Source: Octopus vulgaris (lineage: Eukaryota). From it: 64,000 bases of DNA. Below, one piece after another: positions 12,994 through 25,424 of the stretch. How positions within the stretch are numbered: the first letter of the stretch is position 1; every line of letters starts with the position of its first letter. The translations under genes and the position numbers were made by a program. Below the pieces are notes generated by a model that made no database searches, was not told the origin of the DNA, and saw nothing but the letters and a program-made list of their open reading frames with translations. Location of the stretch: contig OX597826.1 of the NCBI GenBank assembly GCA_951406725.2, positions 9,548,001-9,612,000 of the forward strand, in the 5' to 3' direction.

Positions 12994-13712
12994 CCCCCCA
13001 CCATCCTACTTCTCTCTCAAGGAGGGAGGCGGAAGAGAGAGAGGAGATGAATGCATGTGTTTATCTTCAATATTTCACTTCCCATATTTATAGGATGTGA
13101 TCCTTCTGATAATATCTCATAGGGGTGGAGTGGGTTTCTCTTTCATAAATGGCTCTAAGTAGTTTTTTTTTCTATGTGTTATGCGTGTTGCTTTCTTTAA
13201 TGGCTTGGTTTAGCAGATGAGGGTTTGTGACCATGGCCTACACAAGTCCACGTCTTCTGGGACTCGCTAAAATCAATGTAGTTGATGTTTCTTTTTATGA
13301 GTAGATGGTTGCGTGTATGCTTCTATGTGCCTGTGTATACATTTCAACATGCATGTATGTATATGAGTGTGTAAGTTTGCATTTTTGTGTGTGTGTGCTT
13401 GTGTACGTTCATCTGTATGTCCATGTTTGTGCGTGTGTGTGTGTGTGTTGAATCTTAGTATGCCTGTCTGCATGTATATGTACATATGTGTGTAAACACC
13501 ATGTTTATGTGATTTTATGTGTGTGTGTGTGTGTGTATATACTTGTCCTACATTACTTTATTTTCTATTTTACTTTCTTAACCTCCGTATGATGTAGTTG
13601 ATTGATTGCATAAGTCTTCCTCATTTTATTACTGGTATTTATTACTTGTGCTTATTTTTACCAACCCAAGAGGATGAATGGTGGGGACGATGCCAGCAAA
13701 GTTTAACAAGCC

Positions 13713-14213
13713 TGGTCAGCCTGTAATGATATGCATAAGATCTGGTCATAAAATCTAAGTAGAGACTTCAAACTTGAAATCTTCAAAGCCACAGTCGAAC
13801 CAATTCTACTATATGGCTCAGAAACCTGGACGTTATCAAAGAAGCTTGAGAAGCGGTTGGACAAAACTTACACTCGCCTCCTTATGAGAGCTCAAAATCT
13901 CCCGTGGAAGCGTCAACCAACCAAAGTACAAATATATGGGAAACTACCACCTGTGTCATCTCTTGTGAAAGGTAGGAGAGTCCAGTTTGCTGGACATTGT
14001 TGTAGAGCTGAAAACGAGGCAATTTCTACTCTTCTCCTCTGGAAGCCATCTGCTCGCGATACCAGAGGGCGCACACTCTCTTACCCTGATGTAATCTCCA
14101 GGGATACAGGCATCCAGCGACAGGACCTCCGTAATGCTATGATGGACCGTGAAGTCTGGCGTAACATAGTAAATTCTATTGTCTCGACCACGGTCGAACA
14201 ATGATGATGATGA
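13713..14213 (+). mobile_element. 5'-truncated RTE-like LINE (second family)
   Basis: Encodes ..PILLYGSETWTLSKKLEKRLD..VQFAGHCCR..MMDREVWR..VEQ*, (TGA)n tail, 10 bp TSD TTAACAAGCC (13703-13712, 14214-14223); homologous to 57393-58004. Confidence 0.92.
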
Positions 14214-14393
14214 TTAACAAGCCGACTAAAAAAGTACTAAACTAGTTATTGGACTGCATTTTAGTCCAATAATAAATACATAGGAACAAACAAATGCATA
14301 AACTTGTTGTTTCACCTTAAGTTGGCTCTGATCAATCAACGTATCATCAAAAACCAATCAACCATGACCACCTTTTATCATTACCATTTGTTT

Positions 14394-14790
14394 TTTTACT
14401 TGTTTCAGTCATTGAGCTGTGACCATGCTGGGGCACTGCCTTGAAGGGTTTAGTTGAACATATCGACCCCAGTATTTATTTTTTAAAGTCTGGTGGCTTA
14501 TTCTATTGGTCTCTTTTCCTTAACTGCTAAGCTAAAGGGATGTAAACAAACCAACACCAGTTGTTGGACGGTGGGAGGGGACAAACACAAATATAAAGAC
14601 ACACACACACACACAATCATACATACATACATACATACATACATGTATATACGATGAGCTTCCACACCATTTCCATCTACCAAATTTCCTCTTGTGGTAT
14701 TGGTTGGTCAGGTGCAATGATAGAAGACACTTGCCCAACGTGCCACACTATGGGACTCTTCTTTAAACACACAACAATACCTGTGCCTTG
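14394..14790 (-). mobile_element. SINE family A (degenerate)
   Basis: Reverse-complement match to 3358-3765. Confidence 0.75.
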
Positions 14791-15002
14791 GTATTTTTTC
14801 CAAACATAGTTTACCTTGGAAAATGCTAACCAATGTAGCCTTCTATTTTTAAGGTGGTATGTTTAATTTCAAGGAAATTTCACTGCCATATATCTTCACC
14901 TGTAACAAATAAATCTTCCAAATCTTCCACTGTTTTTGTACACAAAACTTAGAGGTAGAGGGGCATGGTCAATTGAATTGACTGATAAAATGACTAATTT
15001 AA

Positions 15003-15633
15003 CTTTTTAGCATTTAAACCAGCTATCTCTGGCCAAAATATTCTACCTGTTTTATACTTAAACTGACCAAATGTGGCCTCTCACACTTATCGTACAATGG
15101 TATTCTAAAAGCTAACAGTCATCTCAATAAAATTTCATAACTCTTTTACTCTTTTACTTGTTTCAGTCATTTGACTGTGGCCATGCTGGAGCACTGCCTG
15201 TAGTCGAGCAAATTGACCCCAGGACTTATTCTTTGTAAGCCTAGTACTTATTCTTTTGCCGAAGTGCTAAGTTACAGGGACGTAAACACACCAGCATCGG
15301 TTGTCAAGTGATGTTGGGGGGACAAACACAGACATACAAACATAGACACACACACATATATATATACATACACATATATACGACAGGCTTCTTTCAGTTT
15401 CCGTCTACCAAATCCACTCACAAGGCTTTGGTTGGCCCAAGGCTATAGTAGAAGGCACTTGCCCAAGGTGCCATGCAGTGGGACTGAACCCGGAACCATG
15501 TGTTTCGTAAGCAAGCTACTTACCACACAGCCACTCCTATGCCTATGATTAATTCGCCTAAGTACATGATTAATTCAAAGCAATGTGAATAAAGATGCAT
15601 TACTTTTGACAGAATAATGTGAATGCTAAAGGA
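15003..15633. mobile_element. TTAA MITE family 2 interrupted by SINE-A
   Basis: TTAA-CTTTTTAGCATTT ... AATGCTAAAGGA-TTAA; reverse orientation relative to 60737-60956. Confidence 0.65.
15141..15544 (-). mobile_element. SINE family A, near full length
   Basis: tRNA-like head with anticodon-loop-like TTACGAA (Arg ACG) on minus strand, CORE-like domain, internal (TG/TA)n, (GTAAAAGA)2 tail. Confidence 0.9.
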
Positions 15634-17356
15634 TTAATTTATTAACCTTGAGAGAATGAAAAGCTAAGCGACCCTGATGAAACTTGAACCCAGACTCAGT
15701 GTACAGAAGAATGCGAAAAAACTGTTAAGAAATCTATCACTATATCTTCTCTGCCAATTTTGTATCCTGACAACAACATCAACATCAACATTCTTACACA
15801 GTACTTGTTAACATTGAATCTAATTTTTGTATAAATATATTATTGTTGTTGTTGTTATTTTTTTTTTTTATATTTATATCACATTTTGGTGATCATTAAT
15901 GTTGTTGATTACAGGTTTCCAATGGAGCAATTGCTAGTTCACAGTATTTCTAATGGTGAAAGTGACAAGCAATTGTCTGTGCAACCCAGACAGAACAAAT
16001 AACACACTTGCTATTTTTATTCCAAAAACTGCTTGTTGTCTCTTTTCTCACTATTGTTTTACATCTTTTGTCAATAACACATCCTCAACACACACACACA
16101 TGCAGATGCAGATACAAAAACGACAGATTTCTGTACAGCTTCTGTCTACAAAATTTCATTCACAATGCATTCATCAAACCTGAGGCTATTTATTATAAAA
16201 GACACTTGACCAGGATGCTGCAAAGTGGGATCAAACCCAGAGCCATGGGAATTAAATTTTTTTAACCATACAGCCATACCTGTATGCACATATACATATC
16301 TAGAAAACTGTTGTATTTCTGGTTTAATTGATATTAGAATTTGTGCTGCATGGCTCCATTAGGATATATGCAAAAACGAAAATATTTCCTGTAAAATTGC
16401 CAGCTATTTATATAGCATCTAATGAGCCAATGAGGGAAGCTCTGCATGGTCATACAATCTACCAGAAATAGCTGCCAAATACCCCATAAATCACATCATC
16501 TCATTGTCTTGAAAAAGAACAGGATACATTAAATGATGTAGACATAAATAATCCTAAAAAAAAAAAACAGGATGGCTAATGGCTGAAATACCTTTATCAT
16601 AGGGTTGGTCAAGTAGCCTAGGGCTAAACAACATCATAGTGTTTTAAGTATGTATCTAAGACCATGTGTGTGTGTGTGTGTGTTTGTGAGTGTGAGCATG
16701 CTCGTTTATGAGTATATCTTTAGTAATGACTTATGTTATCTCTTATGATAATTGTATAATAAAATGACAAAGCAGTTTCCTAAATTATATTTGTTTCTTT
16801 TAAACTGATTAAACAAGTATATGTATTATTAAATGTGTCTTTTGTGTATTTACTCTGTGGATGGGACGAGGGTGGGTGGGTGGGTGGGGAGGAGTGGGGG
16901 TGGATTCTATGTAAAAATTGGTTCCTTACCAAATTACCATATACTGTTTGTATTGTTTGTATGTCTGTACAAATATTTTATAATGACAATCCAACCTTAT
17001 TTACCTTTCATTGGTGTTTGCATTTCTATATACGTGTCGGTAAAATATTTCCATTATTAATTGATTTCTCTGATTTTAAACCGCAGTGTGTGTGTGTGTG
17101 TGTGTGTTTGTGTATGTATGTGTGCGTGTGTAAATGTTTTGAGATGTACAAACAGGAGAAAAGTACTCAATAGATTTAGGAGTTAATTTGTATCAAGTTA
17201 GTGATTCATTCTGTTGCTAGGTGCTGTCTGTCCTTCAGGTGAAAATGAAAACAAAAAAAAAGATGTACATGACAGGATCAGACATAGCAAGAAACCTTGA
17301 GTAGTAATAGTGAAAAACATGAACCAGGAATGTGTGTGTGTATGTGTGTGTGTGTG

Positions 17357-17535
17357 TTGGTGGTATGTAAAAAGCACCAAGCCCATGCTGTAAAATAGTT
17401 GTCAATAGGAAGGGCGTCCAGCTGTAGAAAACATGGGACATGATGCAGTGCTTCGTCCCATTAGATCTCGTCACACCATCCAACCCATGCTGGCATGGAA
17501 TGTGGACAGTAAATGATGATGAAGATGATGATGAT
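17357..17535 (+). mobile_element. RTE 3'-end fragment (diverged)
   Basis: GTAAAAAGCACC...GGAAGGGCGTCCAGCTGTAGAAA...CCAACCCATGCTGGCATGGA...(TGA)n. Confidence 0.75.
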
Positions 17536-17554
17536 GTGTGTGTGCGTGTGTATA

Positions 17555-17913
17555 AATTTAACAGAATGAGATAAAAATCCAAGGCTGTGAAAGATTTCAG
17601 AACATTGATAAACAGAAGGTCTTACAGCTGTTTCTGGGATATTTTATATATCTCTTCATCGGAGACGGTGAGAGAAAATGGTTATGCAATAGTTATTCCA
17701 GATAGGATATGAAATAGAGAGTGAAGTGGAGGAATGAAAATAGACGTGAGATATTTCATATCTTATCTAGAATAACTATTGCTTAAGCATTTTCTCACAC
17801 CGTCTCCGATGAGGGGATATATAAAATAACCCGGAAACAGCTGTAAGGACTTCTATTTATAAATGTTCTGAAATCTTTCACAGCCTTGGATTTTTATCTC
17901 ATTCTGTTAAATT
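17555..17913. mobile_element. Foldback with 162 bp arms, each carrying a hammerhead-like motif; probable Penelope-like element remnant
   Basis: Arms 17555-17716 and 17752-17913 are reverse complements with a 35 bp spacer. Confidence 0.7.
17802..17850 (+). ncRNA. Minimal type I hammerhead-like motif (variant core CCGAUGA); inverted copy at 17619-17666
   Basis: GTCT-CCGATGA-stem II-GAAACAGCTGTA-AG(G)AC: palindromic stem III, GUA site; stem I GTCT/AGAC is perfect in the minus copy. U4 to C change and a mismatch at the base of stem II make activity uncertain. Confidence 0.5.
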
Positions 17914-18060
17914 GTTTAATATATACAGATGCTGATATGACCTACGTTGGATCTACGTGATCACTTTGACACCTGACTTGTGATACACTGTGCACCTGAT
18001 CGTGCAACATCAATTTGATGGGGGGAGTGAGCTAATGTACAGCACATACATTTGGTCATT

Positions 18061-18469
18061 CTCTTTCTCTCTCTTTCTCTTTTACTTGTTTCAGTCATTT
18101 GACTGCGGCCGTGCTGGAGCACCGCCTTTAGTCGAGCAAATCGATTCCAGGACTTATTCTTTGTAAGCCTAGTACTTATTCTATTGGTCTCTCTTGCCGA
18201 ACCACAAAGTTATGAGGACGTAAATACACCAGTATCAGTTGTCAAGCGATGTTGGGGGAACAAACACAGACACACAAACACACGCACACATATATATACA
18301 TATATACGACGGGCTTCATTCAGTTTCTGTCTACCAAATCCACTCACAAGGCTTTGGTTGGCCCAAGGCTATAATAGAAAACACTTGCCTAAGGTGCCAT
18401 GCAGTGGGACTGAACCCGGAACCATGTTGTTGGTAAGCAAGCTACTTACCACACAGCTACTCCTGCACC
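18061..18469 (-). mobile_element. SINE family A nested in an older SINE-C-related copy (~17960-18060 and 18470-18543)
   Basis: Flanks CATTTGGTCA | CTATAAACAAATCAT are contiguous in the uninterrupted copy at 18588-18890. Confidence 0.85.
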
Positions 18470-18587
18470 TATAAACAAATCATTTGTGCAGGTCATCCAG
18501 CAAAAGCTGAACACTCATACATCATCTTTGATGAGAGAGTCCATCATATATATATATATGTGTGTATGTATATATGTATATATAAAG

Positions 18588-18890
18588 AGTGAAGGTGCAT
18601 GGCTTGGTGGTTAGGGTGTTGCACTCATGATTGTGAGATCATGGTTTCAATTTCCTGACCAGGCGTCGCATTTTGTTCTTGAGCAAAACACTTCATTTCA
18701 AGTTGCTCTGCAATCATTTCATCATTTCACACGTGGTATGTTGTGCACCTGTACAGGTAATGTCGATTTGATGGAGGGAAATGAGCTTATGTGAACACAG
18801 ACATTTGATCACTATAAACAAATCATCTGTGCGGTTGATCAGCAAGAAATTGCAGAACCCTCATGCATCATCTAACAAAGGAAGAGTCCA
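18588..18890 (+). mobile_element. tRNA-derived SINE, family C-related (older)
   Basis: GGTGCATGGCTTGGTGGTTAGGG head, CORE-like TTCTTGAGCAAAACACTT; second copy 34882-35185. Confidence 0.75.
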
Positions 18891-19287
18891 TGATTTGAGT
18901 GGAATGGGTCAAACATAGGTTACATATGTCCCTCAACTTGCTGAAGTTCATTACAGAGATCTTATGCAGTGAACTCTCCTCAGTGTAGCTGGTCATCTGG
19001 CCAAAATTACCACCATGAAGTTTGCATTGCCACAAGGTATAAACAAACAATGAGTCACTTATATTCGCTTCGTAGCAGCATTAGTTGTTAAATGATGTGT
19101 TGTATGGAAACAATCAACTTATCGAAATTCCTCAATATGGGAAAAAATGTATAACTTACGATCTTAATAGATTTTTATTTTATCATATACTCTCCACTTT
19201 TTGTTTTTGTATACTAGATGGCTATTGCTCAAAGCCAACTAACTCCTACACTCGGTTCCTAGATTGCACTCATCTACATATATATGT

Positions 19288-19318
<31 letters not shown>

Positions 19319-20275
19319 AAAAAAGAGTGAGAGAGAGAGAGAGAGAGAGACAGAGAGATCTGTCCAATGCTAATGATTTACACCAATTTCCGATATGAAG
19401 CTCAGATACAATTAAGCTAATGTGAGAGCTTCTATGTGTCACTAGAAATGTTAGAAATAGCAGCCAAATCTTCCTGAAATCAACACTCTCCTTATTATTT
19501 TACTGAAAAAAAAAAGGACACATTGGACAATGTAGTCTCAAATATGCTGTATTTGAATTCAAGGCAGAATGGTCATGATTGGAACATCCTTTGATGGTAG
19601 GTCTGCGAGCTGGCCTGTGCTTGTACAACAACCACAGATTTAATATTCTCTTCTTTAGAAAATCTCTCAAAAGGCATAAATGATGGAAGCTAATCTTCTC
19701 TCTGGGAAAGTTTATTTTGAGCTTATAGAATTAATTATTTAAGGTGCTAGTCAAGCGATTCAAAGATCACAGGATCCTGCTGTTGTTAATTAGCTCCAGG
19801 TCAACCCTGATCGAGCAGAAATATAAGTAGCACCTCCTACTTCACAGTTGATTGGGTGATATATGTAAGGAAGTGAAATCCAACTGTAATTCATGCAGAT
19901 ATGTGTATTTACAGAATCGTTCCAATCATGCTGAAAAATGGTTTATAAAAAGAGGGGGAAAAAAATGGATATTTTGATATTAAAAATACCTGGCCGACTC
20001 AGGCAAGCATGGAGAAAACAAGCATAAAATAATGATGGTGATGATGATGATGATGATAGTTGTTGATCCTTTCTTAAATATGGAATTCCTGTAACAACGA
20101 TCCTAAGATTTTTGTAAGGTTTACTTTCTAAAGTTTATCACCGCCACCACTAGTTGTGAAATAAAAAGATATACATGTATGTATGCGTATACACACGCAC
20201 ACGCAGGTGAACGTGCAAGCATACTTACATTCACATACAACACATTCACACACAGACACACACACACACATTCAC

Positions 20276-20314
<39 letters not shown>

Positions 20315-21096
20315 AATGCACATACATGCACTTGCACATCAGATGAAAGGGATCCAAAATTAGTTATTGGTCAAACTGACCAGGAAGAATAGGATTTTCC
20401 TCTTCTTTCTTCTCTCTCTCTCTCTCCACTCCTCTTTTCTCTCTCTCCCTCTTTCTTTCTCTCTCTCTCTCCCTCTCCCCTTAACAATGATTATGTCTTT
20501 CTTTGTAAAACTCTCTATAATACCAGAATTACTCCATTCTTTTCATCTTTATTAATGCTCTTATTGACAATTCAATTTTCCATCAAACATAATGAAGATT
20601 GCTTTCATTTTTGTTCCTTCTATTTTCTTCCTTTCACATAAATCCCCTAATACACTCTTCACTCATAACCCCTTTGCCACCCCACTACCTCGTTGTGTTG
20701 CATCTCTGGGTGGATGCTTATATAAAAAAAAAAAAATAATAAATAAATAAATGACTTACTCAGCAAAGTACATACAACAGATACCCTTACCAACCCATTG
20801 ACTCATTCATCTATAATTATAGACTATAAAAACCATTCTTGGTCGTTTTTGCTAATGTTATTTCTATGATAATACTTTTTTTCTCTGCCTAGAACTGATG
20901 AGGGGGGAAAAAACAAAAATACATCATTGACCTTACACTATCGTTAATTGCTGCTACAAGCTAATATCAATACTTCGCTTGTTGACTCTGAATCTTAATA
21001 ATATTGACTCCTTGCATTGGCACTTGACCAAATTTTTGTAGAGTAAAGAGATAGATCCAAATCAATTTAATCAATCCTAATATATTACAGGTACTT

Positions 21097-21546
21097 CAAA
21101 GCAGCTAACTGGCAGAATCATTAGCAAGTTGGGTAAAAATGCTAAGCGACATTTCATCTGTCTCTACATTCTGAGTTCAAATTCCACCAAGGTTCACTGC
21201 TTTTCAATTTTCAGAGTCAATAAAATAAGTACCAGTTGTGTACTGGAGGCGATGTAATCAACTAGCATCCTCCACTGCAATTGCTGGCCTTGTGCCAAAA
21301 TTTGGAACCAATGTATTACTGGTATTTTAAGGTGGCAAGCTGGCAGAATCATTAGCAGGCCAAGCAAAATGTTGAGTGGCATTTCATCCATCTTTATGTT
21401 CTGGGTTCAAATTCCACCGAGGTTGACTTTGCTTTCATACTTTCAGGGTCAATAAAATAAGCACCAGTTGAGTACTGGGGTTAATGTAATCGACTAGCAC
21501 CCTCCTCTGAAATTGCTGGCCTTGTGCCAAAATTTGAAACCAATAT
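21097..21546 (+). mobile_element. Two tandem SINE-B copies
   Basis: Copies at ~21097-21309 and ~21328-21541, separated and flanked by the same ~18 bp direct repeat. Confidence 0.85.
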
Positions 21547-21805
21547 ATTACTGGTACTTAATCGTTTTAATCCTAGGGGCAGCTAGAAGCAGAACCTGAT
21601 ATGGTTTGAAATCAAATAGGAAATGAAAGAAATTTTTTCTTTGCTTTTTTTTAAAAAAAAACTGTTTATACCCTCCAGGGGTGATAAGACAAATATTGTT
21701 ATGCGCCTTCTGAACAGTTTCAAATTGGTAGCTGGGGAGGTAAAAAAATGGCAAGGAGGAAATTCCAGAGGGGCAATGTTCTGAGGAATAAGGATTGGGT
21801 ATTTA

Positions 21806-21977
21806 GCACCCACTATATATCTCGGAGTGGTTGGTGTTAGAAAGGGCATCCAGCTATAGAAACTCTGCCAGATCAAGACTGGAGCCTGGTGCAGCCATCT
21901 GGTTTGCCAGTCCTCAGTCAAATCGTCCAACCCATGCTAGCATGGAAAGCGGGCGTTAAACGATGATGATCATGATA
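21806..21977 (+). mobile_element. RTE 3'-end fragment
   Basis: GCACCCACTA...GTCCAACCCATGCTAGCATGGAAAGCGGGCGTTAAACGATGATGA. Confidence 0.85.
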
Positions 21978-23089
21978 GTGCAGAATCTGGGGCATAGGCA
22001 GACACTGTATAGTAGACAAGAGAGTTGGGGGTGCCTGAGAGGAGACGGTACAAGGCCAGCTAGTTCTGAAGAGCAGTCTAAATAAATACTAAAAAGCAAA
22101 TGTTTAGCTTTCTCCCTCTTTTCGTGGTGCAAGTCATTTAGGTTTGTGTGCGTGTAAGGGATAAATTTCTTCAGAATAGGATGCTAATCTATATTCATTA
22201 ACATTCCTTGACAATTTTGGTACATATTCTCTAAACGGATGAGTAAAATAAGGTGCCACTGACTGACTGAGTTGATGACAAAATGCTTGGAATGGATTTA
22301 AACTCCAAACTTACAATATGGTTCCCCTATATTATATATCTCATAAGGCAAAATTTACTGCCATAAATATCTAATTACTTTTGCCAAATCTTTGATTTCT
22401 TTTGACCATCACCACCATCTTCACAATCATCATCATTGTTTAACATCTGTTTCCCATGGTGACACAGGTTGGACTATTTAACAGGAACTGACAAACCAGG
22501 GGACTGTGCTGTGCTCCAATGTCTACTTTAACATGGTTTCTACTTGGGACCGTTTTTAATGATGCAATAATGATAATTTATGCAGGAAAAGGGAGATGTA
22601 GTTAATTGATTGACACCTACTGTGAAATCCAGAAAGTAGGTATTAAATCTATAAATTTGAGTTTATTTTGAAGTAGAAGTGAAGTTATCACTACAAGTTC
22701 TTCTCAACGACAACAAAACAACAACAACATGGGTATGTACAATGTTGTTGCTTACCTTCCGATTTGAGAAGAACAATGATGAAAGACTTCCCAACCATTC
22801 AACACTTTTTATTATTCAGACATAGAATCTGGCACATTAGCAGCATCTTTAGAGCATTAGGTTAACTCTCTTGAAATAAGGTGGCGCACTGGCAGAACCA
22901 TTTGCATTCTGGACAAAGTGCTTGGCTGAAATCATTGATATGGAGTTAGCCATTCAATTTTTGTTCATTTCTTTGTTCATTATATCTTATTGCCTGTGCT
23001 ATATGAATACATGATGTGGTTCTACAGTCAGTTTTGACTGCTATTTCTGGCATAGTGGTGCTTCTTTGGTACCCTTAATTATATATACA

Positions 23090-23247
23090 CAACAGGCTTC
23101 TTTCAATTTCCATCTGTCAGAACCACTTACAAGCCTTTATTCGACCTGAGGCTATAGTAGAAGACACTTGCCCAAGGTGCCACGCAGTGGGACTGAACCC
23201 AGAACCACGTGGTTGGGAAGCAAGCTTCTTACTACACAGCCATGCCT
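23090..23247 (-). mobile_element. SINE family A head
   Basis: tRNA-like plus CORE-like portion only. Confidence 0.8.
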
Positions 23248-23516
23248 GATTCAAAACAATGTGAATAAATATCATTGCATTTGACAGAGTAATCTAAATG
23301 CTTAGAGAGTTCTGATAGCTTGGTGCAATTTGAAAATCTAACAAAAATATGTTACTAGAAAAGCAGGCATGGCTCTACTGGTTGAGAAGTTGTTTGGCTC
23401 CAAGTCTGCTAGCTTTGATCTCACAGCACAGCACTTTTGGCAAGAGTCTTCCACTGCAGCTTCAGGTTGACTAATGCCTTTGGTAGATGGAAACTGTGAG
23501 GAACCCTATTATGTAT

Positions 23517-24385
23517 TCTTTTATTCTTTTACTTGTTTCAGTCATTTTGACTGTGGCCGTGCTAGAGCACCACCTTAAAGGGTTTTTTAGTTGAAGAAAT
23601 CAACCCCAGGACTTATTCTTTGTTAGCCTTGTACATATTCTATCAGTCTCTTTTGCCAGACCACTATGCTACAGGGACATAAACACACCAACATCAGTTG
23701 TCAAGTGATGGTGGGGAGACAAATACAGACGCTGAGAGACACATATATAAATATATACGTGCATATATATGTGTGTGTGTATATATCATGTAAAAAGCAC
23801 CATCCGATCGTGGCTGTTGCCCGCCCCGACTGGCCCCCATGCCGGTGGCACGTAAAAAGCACCATCCGATCGTGGCCGTTGCCAGCCTCGCCTGGTCCCC
23901 GTGCCGGTGGCACGTAAAAAGCACCACCCGACCGTGTCCGTTGCCAGTGCCGCCCCGACTGGCCTCCGTGCCGGTGGCATGTAAAAGGCACCATCTGATT
24001 GTGGCCGTTGCCAGCCTCACCTGGCCCCTGTGCCGGTGGCACGTAAAAAGCACCATCCGTCCATGGCTGTTTGCTAGCCCCGTCTGGCACCTGTGCGGGT
24101 GGCACGTAAAAAGCACCCACTACACTCACGGAGTGGTTGGCGTTAGGAAGGGCATCCAGCCATAGAAACACTGCCAGATCAGACTGGAGCCTGGTGCAGC
24201 CTTCTGGCTTCCCAGACCCCAGTTGAACCGTCCAACCCATGCTAGCATGGAAAGCGGACGCTAAATGATGATGATGATGATGATGATATACACACACGCA
24301 CACACACGCGATGGGCTTCTTTCACTTGCTATCTACCAAATCCACTCACAAGGCTTTAATCAGCTATAGTAAAACAAACACTTTA
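23517..24385 (-). mobile_element. SINE family A split at its internal microsatellite by an RTE 3' fragment
   Basis: Tail 23517-23740, microsatellite, partial head 24305-24385. Confidence 0.8.
23787..24287 (+). mobile_element. RTE 3'-UTR fragment with six tandem ~62 bp units and (TGA)n tail
   Basis: GTAAAA(A/G)GCACC recurs at 23790, 23852, 23914, 23981, 24043, 24106; distal part matches the LINE 3' end. Confidence 0.9.
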
Positions 24386-24879
24386 TCACTATAAGCAAGT
24401 CTGTGAGTGACCACCACGTGTGAGTGTTTTTGTGTGCATATATCTTTCGACAAGGTGTATCAACCAGGGGATGTTAACATTGGTCAGTAACCAGTGCCCT
24501 CCAAACGAAGTCCTTTGCACTGAATTGTAGCTGCTCTCTTGTCTTTCTATTTCTCTCAGGAACACACTAAACAAGCAAAACAAGTGATTGGCTTATTGGA
24601 AACCTGTAACTAACATTAATATTTTTCACAGATCTGATACCAAATAAATAAAGCATTTGAATAAACAAATAATTGTTAGTTAATAGCATTCAGCCATTGC
24701 TCATCATAACAATTAATTATTGTCTTGATACTGTGACTAATGTTGTTACATCTTTGCTAATTGTTATGTTCTTTTTATCTTGTCTATATTGTTACATCAC
24801 AATATGGCAAATTAGTAGAATTGTTTGAGTGGTGGACGAATTCCTTGAGAAAGTGCTATTCAGTTACAGCTGTTTGTGT

Positions 24880-25261
24880 TCTCTTTTACTTGTTTCAGTC
24901 AGTTGACTGTGGCCATGCTGGAGCACCGCCTTTAGTCGAGCAAATCGACCCCCAGGACTTATTCTTTGTAAGCCTTGTACTTATTCTATCGGTCTCTTTT
25001 GCCGAACCGCTAAGTTTAGATGAACGTAAACACACCAGAATTGGTTGTCAAGCGATGTTGAGGGGACAAACACACAAACATATACACACACACACATGTA
25101 TATATACGACGGGCTTCTTTCAGTTTCTGTCTACCAAATCCACTCACAAGGCTTTGGTCAGCCCGAGGCTATAGTAGAAGACACTTGCCCAAGGTGTCAC
25201 GCAGTGGGACTGAACCCAGAACCATGTGGTTCATAAGCAAGCTACTTACCACACAGCCACC
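24880..25261 (-). mobile_element. SINE family A, near full length
   Basis: Matches 15141-15544. Confidence 0.9.
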
Positions 25262-25424
25262 CTCAAATCCTATCAGGCTCCACTTTGACTTTCATCTGTT
25301 GAGGGTCAATTAATAAATGTACCAGCCAAATACTGGAGGACAATCCAACCAACTGTATTCTCATCACCACAAAAAAAAAAGAAGTAATTTGTAGCTTAGT
25401 ACTAATGTTAGACATCAATATCAT

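Noticed and set aside
20894-20915. CTGATGAGGGGGGAAAA hammerhead-like string
   Set aside because: No stem II or stem I/III pairing possible.
23839-23930. Twister ribozyme resemblance (GCCGGT...GTAAAA)
   Set aside because: Lacks the conserved twister segments such as the UAA cleavage strand and GUCCCAAGCCC-type core.
23787-24120. CRISPR-like repeat/spacer appearance
   Set aside because: The spacers are homologous to one another, the array is part of a LINE 3' UTR, the DNA is eukaryotic and no cas genes are present.
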